From positions 64,001 through 128,000 of the forward strand of contig CALSSJ010000023.1 of assembly GCA_943788985.1 (NCBI GenBank): DNA of 64,000 nucleotides, given 5' to 3'. Source of the stretch: an uncultured Lentisphaerales bacterium. Lineage in GTDB: Bacteria > Verrucomicrobiota > Lentisphaeria > JABSQK01 > UBA12247. The position numbers were made by a program, and so were the translations under genes. The notes below the pieces were generated by a model. That model saw only the letters and a program-made list of their open reading frames with translations, did no database searches and had not been told where the DNA came from. Of the stretch, positions 22,401 through 32,404 are shown in pieces. The number at the start of each line of letters is the position of its first letter. The first letter of the stretch is position 1.

Positions 22401-25400
22401 CCGTCGTTGGTGGTGTCGTTCAAACACAGATTAAGCTCGGCGGAGAACTCGGCGACTGCATTAACGGCTTCGACCACAGCGAAGGCGCAGGTTACGCCTG
22501 ACGTGATGTTGATCGTCAGAGTATTATCCACTGCATTATATGCTGCATTAGCACCACCGTCGGTACGGGTATCGAGGATCTCTACGGTCACGCCGTCGAA
22601 AGATGACTGAGGAGAACTTACCCATAGATCAAAGTCGTCGTCATCGTCAGCGTCGGTGGATGTAATCCGGTGTTGCACTTCACCTGAGTCGGCTGGGCTG
22701 ACAGTGACCGACATCGTGAGAATCTGTGCAGGAGTATGGACGCCAGCGTTCGGACAGCCCACGGGATTCCCAAAGTAATTGTCTATATCACTCACTAATG
22801 CAGCGGTGAATGGGGCGACGAACTTGTTGTCGTTGATGTTATGAATGGGATTGGGATTCGTCAAGGTAGGAGCATCATTCTGGGACAGTGCGCGAACGAG
22901 TGTCTGCGAATCACGGACGATTGATGCGTCAACGTTATCAGTCACTGAAATTGTAAATGTGGTAATGTCTGTGCTACCGGGCATGATCCGGTTATTCGTC
23001 GGCGTAAAGGTCAAGCCTTGGAGCGCGGTCGTCGTTGCGGTCGTCGTTCCGCTGATGGTGTAAACGATCGGCACAGTGGTTCCAGCTGTTTCGTTATCCT
23101 GAACAGTGATCGTGTAACCAAAAGGCTCCTGTAAGGTCAGTGGCACTGGACCAGTGAGCGCGGTCAGAACCAATACGATCGTCTCTTCGAATGTATCGAA
23201 GGTGACATCGTCAAGAACGTCCAGGGTTACGGAGAGTGTATCGCCGTCGACAGATCCGGCTGGGAACGTCAGGATAGTCGAAGTGAAAGCGGTGTAGTCA
23301 CTATTCACGGTGGCAGTGCCAGTGGCGGCATCACTAACAGTGAAGTATGCTGCACTGACGAGCGGGCCACCTGCGTTTGGAATGCTCAATGTCACATTGA
23401 CGGTCCGGGTGACGTCGGCCTCACCGATGGTCACGCCGGTCGAGTCGAAGGAGATGAAGGGATTGTCTTCGTCTGCAATCGAGACCTCATGGGTCAGCAG
23501 ACTGCCGAGAATGGCAGGGCCAGACAGCGTTGTGATAGCCAGGTCAACAGTCTCGTTCCCTTCGGTGTCGGTGTCAGCACTGGGTGTGATGGTGACAACG
23601 CCCGTGTCGCCATCAGCCGCTCCGATCGGAAAGACAACAGTTGCGAGCGCGGCGGCGTAGTCGCCGCCACCAGCTGAGCCAGTGCCAGAGTCGACGACGG
23701 TGACCGAGATTGGTGCTGTAGTGGTTCCGGCTACCTTACTATGAAGAACGACAACGTCCAACGCGGTGGTTTCATCCGCGGTCTGGCTGCGGCGTGTCTG
23801 GAAGTTGATATAGGAATCGACGACCGTGAACCCTTGGGCCACGGCGTTGCTGAGCGTGCCCTTGAAGCAGCTGTCAATGCTGACAGAAACCGAGAGAGTG
23901 TCGAGCGGGTCGCCGTTGTTGGCACCTGAGATGATTTCGTCGACGTCGTCAAGTACGACGCTGGTAAATGGATTGATTGTGGTTTGATCGTCTGTGTCGA
24001 AGACAGTCGTGCTTCCGAGTGTGATGACAGGCACATCGTTTACCGGAGTAACGGTCACGCTGACCAGTTCGGTCGCGGAAGAGAATGGAGCCGTACCGCC
24101 CGTTCCAGCATTGGCGACGTCAAATGTGGTTCCGTGAAGCCCGGTTGTGGCAGGCGTCTGATCCCACGCATAGAAGCTGTAGGTTGTTTCGGTGCCGTTG
24201 TCTGTATCAGGTTCGAAGCGCACCAAGTCTGTAGCACGCAACAATAGTGCGCCAGCCGGACTTAAAGGAGTCGGTACAGGGATCCAATCGGTACCGCCGT
24301 TAGTCGAGAACTGGAAGACGCCAGTGTTGTTCACGTGCTCGATATTGGTGGCATAGATGGCGATACCCTCAACTGAGGCGGCATCAACGTCCGTGATTGG
24401 ATCGACTGGGTTGTTTTGATCCAAGATGGCAGAAACGAGATTGCCAGCACCGCCGTTGGCATTCTCAGTAAAAATAAAGCTGTAATCTTCGTTCTCGATC
24501 AGCACTGGCGCGTCGTTAATAGGAGCTGCGTGAAGGAGGATCGTCCCAGCCAGTGTAGTGGTGGCATCTTCGAGGCCATCTGAGATGACGATGTTCACGG
24601 TCGTGTCGGTGTTGTTGTTTGCCACAGGAAGGAACTGGACGGCCGCCAGGGCTGCATTCACATTTGCGACCGAGTCGGTGATTGTCCAAGTCGGAGCTGC
24701 GTAAGTCCCGCCGAAAGCAGTGGAGAGCGCGCCGGTCGTGGCGTTATCGAGCGTGAGAGTGACGGTGATCTGCTCATCAACGTCTACGTCAGTCACAACG
24801 ATGTCAGTGAAGTCGACGTTGGTTGTATCTTCGTTATAGGAAATGAACTGCGTCAAGTTGGTGGCTGCTGTCTGGTCGTTTATGGAAGCAACGACGACAT
24901 TGAGAACTTCGTCTTCAATACTGAAGGCAGAGAGGTTGACGCGAACAGATGCGTCAACCAAGCGACCGGATTGGGCGCCATCAGTAGCGTCCCAGCCGTA
25001 AAAGGTAGCTGTGGCAGTTTCGCCACTTATGCTATCCCCGGTATAACGCAAGTGATGGGCAGCGCTCAGCACGAGTGCGGACGTGAGATTGACTGTTGGA
25101 ACAGTCGCATAGGTCACTTCGTTGTCGGTGCTGAATTCCCAAGTGCCAAGACCGGCAAACGCGTAAAATGCCAACCCGAGGGGATCTCCATCACCGTCGA
25201 AGAACAAGTCTACCCCTGGAGCAACGTCGGCCTCAACCTCGGTAATCGTAAAGGAAACGCCTGAGATAGCATCTTCTGTGGTTGTGAAACTGGGAGTAGC
25301 AGTGTCGACAATGACCGGCTGGAAGTTGTCATCATCGGTAATGGTGTAGACAGCGTCTGTGGTTGCCCCAAGACTGGCACCGCCCGTGACCGTCAACTGA

Positions 25401-27100
25401 AAGTTTACAGTCTCGTCACTAGGTGCTTCCGGCACCGTATCGTTCAGTACGGGAAAGCTGACCGTCTGGGTCGTAGCTTCGCTAGCGAAGGAGATTGTGA
25501 CGATTGGTGGCGTATTTGTGTAGTCGGTGCCTGCGATAGCAGTACCGCCACCCTGGTCAGTCAATGTGAGGATGGGGACATGGACAAGACTGCCAGTACG
25601 GTTGACCGTGACGAGCTGACTGGAAGGAGCGTCGGTTTCGTTGTCGCCATAAGCAGCAGCAGATAAGGTGACGCTGGGCTGGCTGACGTCGAGTGCATCG
25701 ACATAGTAAGGAGTCGTCGGATCCTCGTTCACAAACTCGAGGCGGGTAAAGGAGGCAGGCGAGCCAACCATGTCGAACCAAGTACCGCCGTCGTCGCCGC
25801 TGCTTGGGGTCGAACCGCCGTCTGTGTTATCAGACAGAGCCACTGGGGTGCCATCACCGACATCAACCCAAACCTGGAATCGGCCATTGGTGTAATCTTT
25901 AATCAGGCCGATGCGGGCAAACGCACCATCAGCGAGTGTAACGTTCGCGGTAGGCGTCAACCATTCGTCAGTGCCGCCAGCATCGTTGTGAAGAATGCCA
26001 ATCGAGCCAGTGCTTGTAAAGTAGATGCCGGCAGTGGCCGTTGCATCAACGGAAGGTGCGCTCGAACGACGAACGGCTGTCACCAAAAAGTCAGCAGCCA
26101 CAACGCCGGTGGCTGGTTCGAAGTAAACGCTGGCTTCGTCACCGACTTCCAGGAAGTTTCCGCCGCCACCACCGTTGGGCTGGGTGCCGCCGTAGGCCGC
26201 GAGAGCAGTAGCGGCGGCGCCGCCGGTGACAATCGTGCTATTCCCGGCGGTGCCTTCGGTCCAGCCAGGGAGATCCGCAGCCTGATCACCAACCGTCCGG
26301 CCGTCGAAGTTCTCCGCGTAAGGAACAGCGTTGAATTCCTTAATGGTGGCAATCAAGGAGGTGGGGGCAACGGGCTCAGCGTTGGAGAGCACGGTGAGTT
26401 CAAACTCTACGAACTCGTCTCCTTCACCAACGCCCCCAGCAGCCAACGCGGTAAAGGTGAAGGACTTCGAGGTTTCACCGATTGCGAAGGTCAAGCCAAC
26501 TGGATAGATATCGGTGTAGTCAGTTGCTGCGGTGGCGTCAGTGCCGCCACCGGTGTCATTCACTTCCACGGAGGTCGCAGCGCCGGTCGCGCCGGTACGG
26601 GTGACGATAACGCTTACAGCTTGGCCTTCGAAGACGACCGCAGCCAGTGCGGTGGAAAAGGAAACAGACGGCACACTTGCTGTCAACTCCACGTCGGTGC
26701 CGGATCCACCTGCGTAGCTGATCGTGAAGACAGTCCCGTCGGCAGCGAAGGATGCACCCTCGGCTAGGCCGTTGAAGGTGCCACTGTGGGTGATCGCCGT
26801 GTCTATTATAATGTATGAGTCATTGTTTGCCGGCGCGTATCCGAGCTGGATATCCAGCGTCGCGCCTCCACCGCTGTCGGCATCAAGATCTGTACTCCCC
26901 GAAACCGTGATCTGGTCGTGGAGAGTGCCTGCAGTGGTTCCGTTGATCTCGATCGCGAGGGTGGAACCAGTGTTCATGTCCAAATTGCCGGTAACTGCGG
27001 TGATACCGGTGGCTGCTGCTGCAGTTATTCCGGAGAGCATGACCAGTACGATTGCCAGAAGGGGCAATCGGGTGGGTTTCGATGAAGTCTGCATTTTCAT
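13444..27100 (-). CDS. Giant (~4550 aa) secreted adhesin-like protein: Calx-beta, cadherin/Ig-like, FG-GAP propeller, six lectin-like + Ig-like repeats, GWN/GYW C-terminal domain
   Basis: ORFs 15449..27100 and 13444..15486 join through one indel near 15535 (SSSLT/AGDGFVQFTIDDPNAALAFGFV), which restores repeat unit 5. N-terminal signal peptide, GAGG RBS, D/T-rich, many xNDAP linkers. Confidence 0.85.
13880..19180 (-). repeat. Six tandem copies of a ~295-aa two-domain protein repeat (diverged at DNA level)
   Basis: Recurring VxW..GAxS..GD..NG..YP unit followed by GDTLTIxF..GxW..FxIxV..SPVLTGDFG unit. Confidence 0.75.
20715..21860 (-). repeat. FG-GAP repeat seven-bladed beta-propeller coding region
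   Basis: Seven FGxSVxxxGxxxxVGA..GAxYVY-type repeats. Confidence 0.85.
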
Positions 27101-27884
27101 ATACCTCGATATAAGACGTAGGGCGCGGTTGTGCTATGTATCATTTCCAATACAGATATTGCGATATCAGAAATGTTCAAGCTTATTTCGCGAAGTTGTG
27201 GGACGATGGGATCTCTATCGGCAGGCTCAGGCAATGCGTACTGACTTGCTGGGCCGCTCGCTTGTAGGCTGCAACCGTCGGGTAGTGGCAGCGGAAGGTA
27301 TAGCAGGGCCATGCCGCGCGGCGATCTCGAGAAGGGGCGCCCATGTTGCGGAGGTAGAGTGGCGGGTGCTAAACAAGGCTCAAGGCTTTGCGAAGTGGCG
27401 TACCAAGGCCGGGATAGGTCCGCGATCCGCGCGAACTGCGACTTCTTTCGTATCACTGGTGCCACCGCAAGAGGCTGCGGTACGGCAGACCTGAGCCGGT
27501 AGGGCACTAAAGAGGGCCGCAGAGACGAGACGAGCTTGCGGGTAGACATACCCGATGGGGTGAACGCACGTCGTTTGCGGAGGCGGGTGTTTTTGCGTCG
27601 TGGGCGCTCCGCGCGCGAATGCCACAGCGGGGGCCCTGGGGACCGAGCGAAGGGAGTTGGTGATAGAGTCCGAGTGTCCCCGGGCGCGCACTGTATTATG
27701 ACGCTGTCGCTCGGCCAGCATTGATCTTCAATCGAGTACGCGTAGTAGTCTGTTTCTTGCGGAGAGAGCAGGTGCTGCTTGGTCCGCTATGGATGGGGCG
27801 ACCGTGTTGAAGCTTTTCCGCAGTATTGACCCAGTTTTTTGGGCCGGTCTTATGTGCCCCATCAGCCAATAGGAGGTCCCCCTG

Positions 27885-29078
27885 ATGTTGAATGCATTGA
27901 TCAGCCCTCAGTTGTATGAGGTGTGGAATCTGACGCATCCATTCTTCGGCTTGGCTGCCTTTCTCCTTGGTGCGTGCATCGGCAGCTTCGGAAACGTATG
28001 CATCTGGCGAATGCCGAGACGCGAGTCGGTGGTGATCGTCCCATCGCACTGTCCGAGCTGCGACGCCCACATCGCCTGGTACATGAATATCCCACTGCTT
28101 AGCTGGCTTGTGCTGCGCGGTCGGTGCTGGTATTGCAAGACTGCGATCTCCTGCAGGTATCCCTTGGTCGAGGCGATTGTGGGTGCCCTCTTCGTCCTGT
28201 GCTGGTTGAAGGTAACTGCATCGCCCTATGGGGAACCGGGGCTACCGCTTGCTTCTCTGATCCCGATGTGGTTTATCGTCTCTGCTGCAGTGGTGATCTC
28301 GCTGATTGACCTAGAGCATTTTGTGATACCCAGTCCGATCGTGGTCACTGGACTGATTCTGGCAACGGTGCTGGCGATTGCCATGCCAGCTGGCCACTTC
28401 TTGGACTACAGCCACTACGCATCTCGGCACCACCACATGCTCACGCATGGGTTTCTGAGTTTTGTCCTGCCGGCTGGGAGCAGCCTCCTTGAGTCTGCTC
28501 GCTTTGTCGCCACGGTCGACTTGGTTCTAGGTATCGTCCATGGTGGGGGAATCCTGTATGTTCTAGGCCTGATAGGGGATCTGCTCTTCCCGATGAGCAA
28601 GCACAGTTCGGATGAGGGAGCGGAAATCCTGATTGAGCAGGACGCTCTGACTGTCGACGGTGAGACTGGGGAATGGGATGATTGGCTGCCGCGTTATAAG
28701 GACGAGATTCGCATTACCGGGCGGCTGACGCCGACAGGGGCCGAGCCAGTCGAGATCATCGCAACGGACACAGGGGTCAAAGTTGGCGAGACGTTTACGC
28801 CGAGGGAGAAGATTGAGGCGATCTCAGTGAAGGCGACGGCGTGGACCTTACCACAGATTGCTATGGGGATGGGCGATGTGAAGCTAATGGCAATGATCGG
28901 TGCGTTCTTTGGCCCAGACGGGGTGCTGCGTATTCTCTTTGTCGGCTGTGTTCTGGGAAGCGCTATTGGAGTAACCGCCTGGGTTATCGCTAAGCTCCGG
29001 CGCCGACCGACGACCAACAAAGTAGCGTTCGGCGTCCCGCTGATGGTGGCCGCTGTGCTACACATGATGCTGTTCTAA
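27885..29078 (+). CDS. pilD: Prepilin peptidase / N-methyltransferase (A24 family) with insertions
   Basis: GSFGNVCIWRMP, SHCPSC, NIPLLSW..RGRCWYC, IDLEH, MGMGDVKL, AFG; AGGAGG RBS. Confidence 0.88.
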   Translation: MLNALISPQLYEVWNLTHPFFGLAAFLLGACIGSFGNVCIWRMPRRESVVIVPSHCPSCDAHIAWYMNIPLLSWLVLRGRCWYCKTAISCRYPLVEAIVGALFVLCWLKVTASPYGEPGLPLASLIPMWFIVSAAVVISLIDLEHFVIPSPIVVTGLILATVLAIAMPAGHFLDYSHYASRHHHMLTHGFLSFVLPAGSSLLESARFVATVDLVLGIVHGGGILYVLGLIGDLLFPMSKHSSDEGAEILIEQDALTVDGETGEWDDWLPRYKDEIRITGRLTPTGAEPVEIIATDTGVKVGETFTPREKIEAISVKATAWTLPQIAMGMGDVKLMAMIGAFFGPDGVLRILFVGCVLGSAIGVTAWVIAKLRRRPTTNKVAFGVPLMVAAVLHMMLF

Positions 29079-30211
29079 TGGCACAGACCATTTGGATCAT
29101 GGCCGGTGAGGCCTCCGGAGACCTGTATGGCGGCAGGCTTGCAGAGGAACTGCGTATGCGGCAGCCGGGAGTCACGCTGAAGGGCATGGGGGCTTCTCAC
29201 ATGCACGAGGCCGGGGTTGACTGCTTGGTAGACTCCACTGAGCTCGGCGTGGTCGGTGTGATTGAAGTGCTGAAACACTACCCAATGTTCCGCCGTGTCT
29301 TCCGGCAGTTGGTGACCAAAGCAGAGCAGGAGCGGCCTGACGCGGTCGTGTTGATCGATTACCCGGGCTTTAATGTCCGCTTCGCAAAGCAACTCCACGC
29401 CCGTGGCATTCCCGTAATCTACTACATCAGTCCGCAGGTCTGGGCTTGGGGAAAGCGGCGCATCCCGCTCCTTGCCCGCATTGTGCAGAGAATGCTGGTG
29501 ATCTTTCCATTCGAAGTGGACGTCTATAAGGATACTGGCCTGGATACACGATTCGTCGGCCACCCACTCGTGAACATCATGGAGGAACAGAGGGAGTGGG
29601 GCCTTGAGCGTGAGGCAGACTTGGTGCTTCTTTTACCAGGCAGCAGAAGGTCCGAGATTGAACGCCTACTTGAACCAATTTTGGAGTCAGCTGCACATGC
29701 CAAGGCCATGAACCCGGCGCTTCGGTTTGTGATCTGCTGCCCGCGTGAACACATCGCGGCCCTGATCGAAGACCGCGTGCGCGCGCACCCGCGAGTGCGG
29801 GCGGAAGTTGTCGTGGGGGAAACCGTCCACTGGATGCAGCGAGCCTCCGCTGGCATCGCGGCCTCGGGGACGGTCACTGTACAGGCGGCAATTCTCGGCC
29901 TGCCGCTGGTCGTGGTCTACCGGGTCAATGCGATCACCTACCTGATCGCAAGAGCACTAGTGAAAATCGAGTATATCACGATGGTCAACTTGATCGCGGA
30001 GCAAGAGGTCTTCGAAGAGTATATCCAAGGAGACGTCTGCCCACGGGATATCGCCAACTCGCTCTGTACAATTCTTCCGGGGGGCACACGACGCGCCGCA
30101 GCCCTAGACGGGATCGCGACAGCGGTCGGCCGCCTCCGCTCGTCAGAGGACGCAAGCGCAGCCGCAGCACGAAGTATTCTGAATGCGATACCATGTCTGG
30201 ACAGGGGCTAG
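29078..30211 (+). CDS. lpxB: Lipid-A-disaccharide synthase
   Basis: AGEASGDLYG, IDYPGFN, YYISPQVWAW, FVGHPL, LPGSRRSE, SGTVT. Confidence 0.95.
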   Translation: MAQTIWIMAGEASGDLYGGRLAEELRMRQPGVTLKGMGASHMHEAGVDCLVDSTELGVVGVIEVLKHYPMFRRVFRQLVTKAEQERPDAVVLIDYPGFNVRFAKQLHARGIPVIYYISPQVWAWGKRRIPLLARIVQRMLVIFPFEVDVYKDTGLDTRFVGHPLVNIMEEQREWGLEREADLVLLLPGSRRSEIERLLEPILESAAHAKAMNPALRFVICCPREHIAALIEDRVRAHPRVRAEVVVGETVHWMQRASAGIAASGTVTVQAAILGLPLVVVYRVNAITYLIARALVKIEYITMVNLIAEQEVFEEYIQGDVCPRDIANSLCTILPGGTRRAAALDGIATAVGRLRSSEDASAAAARSILNAIPCLDRG

Positions 30212-32403
30212 ACGAGCGCGATGACGCCCCCCTATCCGGGGGAGTTGAGATCGCGCCGCACAGAACTCGGGGATTTGGCACCTTTTCGGGAGTCTTTCGC
30301 CCCACCATCCTGACTATCCTGGGCGTGATGATGTATCTCCGGGAAGGCTGGCTCGTAGGGCATGCCGGAATCGCTGGCGCGATTCTTGTCATCGTATGCT
30401 GCTTCCTGATTACGGGCGCAACAGCACTCTCCCTTTCATCGATCACCACCAATATTCGCGTGAGCTCAGGTGGGGTGTTCTCCATCATCAGCCAGAGCTT
30501 GGGCTTAGAAGTCGGTGGCTCGATTGGCATCCCCTTCTTCCTCGCGCAAGGGTTATCCGCTGCGATGTACCTCTACGGCTTCTATGAGGGCTGGAGCTAT
30601 GCGTTTCCCAACCACCCGCCAGCTGCTATTCTGAGTCTCGCGTTTCTTGCCGCGGTTGGCTTGAGCTACATCAGTGCTGGGTTGGCATTCCGCATTCAGA
30701 TTGTGATCCTGATCGCGGTCAGCGTCGCACTTGCATCGATGTTTACGGGCTTGGGAGTACACCCCCATAATCCCGAGCCCTTGCTCTGGGGAGAGTTTGA
30801 CGTGAGCTTCCGGGATTTGTTTGCGGTCTTTTTTCCAGCGAGTACCGGGATCATGGTCGGTGCCAGCATGTCCGGGAGCCTAGCCGACGCAAGGCGTAGC
30901 ATCCCCCGCGGCACCATGGCGGCGTGGGCAATCGCCCTGGTTGTCTATTGTGCGCTCGCGGTGTGGTATGGGAATATCGCCACCAGCCAGGAGCTTATAG
31001 ACCTTGACGGTGGCTTGATCGCTGCCGACCGCTCCTACTACCAGAAGGCCGTGCTCGTCGGGATTATTCTCTCCTGCTTCTGCGCCGCGCTTAGTTCCCT
31101 AGTTGCCGCACCGCGAGTCCTGCAGGCGCTCGCGGCGAATCAGATTATTCCTTGCCATGCCTCTCTGGCCAAGCTGGTCAAGGGGGAACCCCGCAATGCA
31201 ACACTCGCCACCGCCCTACTCGTAGGCTTGGCTCTGATTTTCGGTGACCTGAATGGGATCGCCACTGTCCTGACTATGTTCTTTCTCATGGCGTACTTCT
31301 CCATCAACACTGTCCTGTTGCTCGAGCAACAGCTACAACTGATTAGCTTCCGACCCGAGTTTCGCGTGCATACCGCGGTTCCGGTAATTGGGGCTGCGTC
31401 CTCACTGATGGCCATGGTCGCTATCAATCCGTTGGTTGGCCTACTGGCACTGAGCGTCAGCGTAGGCATTTACGTATACCTCGATCGCAGGAAGCTAAGC
31501 ACCCCTTGGGAAACTGTGCATTCGGGCCTCTTCTTCAGTATTGCAAACTGGGCCGCTAAACGTGCGAGCACTGTGGACCAGAAGGGCCTGGAGAGGGCCT
31601 GGCGGCCAAACTTTCTCATTCCCATCGAGCGTGAAGCACAGTTCGAAGGCAACTTCCGATTCATACGCGACCTCACCTTTTCCCAAGGCGCAGTGCACGT
31701 GTTGGGGATCCGGACCCTAGGTAGTCAGGCCACGTTTCATGGGTTGCGTGACCTTGTTCACGCCATGCAGAAAGAAGACAAGCTCTTCGCCACCCACGCC
31801 GTCACAGAATCTTCGAGTTTCTGCGCCGCAGTGCGGGACAGCGCCGCGCTACTATCAGGAACATTCTTCCGCCCCAATCTCATCTTTACCTCCATCGAAA
31901 GTCGATCCGATGAGGATATTCAGGCAATCATGCACGTCGCGCGCGAACACCAGATGGGGGTCTTACTCCTGGCAGCTCACCCAGTCGCGGGTCTCGGCCG
32001 CGAGCGGACCGTCAACCTTTGGGTGCGCGACCAATCTCCCGACTGGCAACTTGGCCTGAAGCTGGCGAACCTAGACTGCGCCGTCCTTATGAGCTATCAG
32101 CTCCAGAAAAACTGGCAGGGCACTGTACGATTGCTCACGGTCGTCCGCGAGGCAAACCATCTCGAGCTTGCCAGAACCTTTCTTACCGATCTTCTTAGAC
32201 TGGCCCGGATGTCGAAGAACGTCGCCATTGATGTCCGCCAGGGGAGCTTTGCCACTGCCCTTCAGGATGCACCGAGAGCGGACCTCCACATCTTCGGTCT
32301 TGCCTCGGAAACCACCGTCACGTCCATGCGTACGCTCGTCCAGAGCGTGGAAGGCTCCTGCCTGTTTGTTCTCGACTCAGGCTCAGAAAGTGCCCTTGCC
32401 TGA
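30193..32403 (+). CDS. Cation-chloride cotransporter-like (SLC12/APC) permease
   Basis: FGTFSGVFRPTILTILGVMMYLR, GGSIG, FAVFFPASTGIMVG, PRVLQAL, then a cytosolic C-terminal domain starting WRPN. Confidence 0.82.
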   Translation: MSGQGLDERDDAPLSGGVEIAPHRTRGFGTFSGVFRPTILTILGVMMYLREGWLVGHAGIAGAILVIVCCFLITGATALSLSSITTNIRVSSGGVFSIISQSLGLEVGGSIGIPFFLAQGLSAAMYLYGFYEGWSYAFPNHPPAAILSLAFLAAVGLSYISAGLAFRIQIVILIAVSVALASMFTGLGVHPHNPEPLLWGEFDVSFRDLFAVFFPASTGIMVGASMSGSLADARRSIPRGTMAAWAIALVVYCALAVWYGNIATSQELIDLDGGLIAADRSYYQKAVLVGIILSCFCAALSSLVAAPRVLQALAANQIIPCHASLAKLVKGEPRNATLATALLVGLALIFGDLNGIATVLTMFFLMAYFSINTVLLLEQQLQLISFRPEFRVHTAVPVIGAASSLMAMVAINPLVGLLALSVSVGIYVYLDRRKLSTPWETVHSGLFFSIANWAAKRASTVDQKGLERAWRPNFLIPIEREAQFEGNFRFIRDLTFSQGAVHVLGIRTLGSQATFHGLRDLVHAMQKEDKLFATHAVTESSSFCAAVRDSAALLSGTFFRPNLIFTSIESRSDEDIQAIMHVAREHQMGVLLLAAHPVAGLGRERTVNLWVRDQSPDWQLGLKLANLDCAVLMSYQLQKNWQGTVRLLTVVREANHLELARTFLTDLLRLARMSKNVAIDVRQGSFATALQDAPRADLHIFGLASETTVTSMRTLVQSVEGSCLFVLDSGSESALA

Positions 32404-32404
32404 G

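Noticed and set aside
27560..27630. Possible c-di-GMP-I riboswitch upstream of the giant gene (GACGCAAA on the minus strand)
   Set aside because: The GGCAAA / GNRA stem and the second stem of the consensus could not be built.
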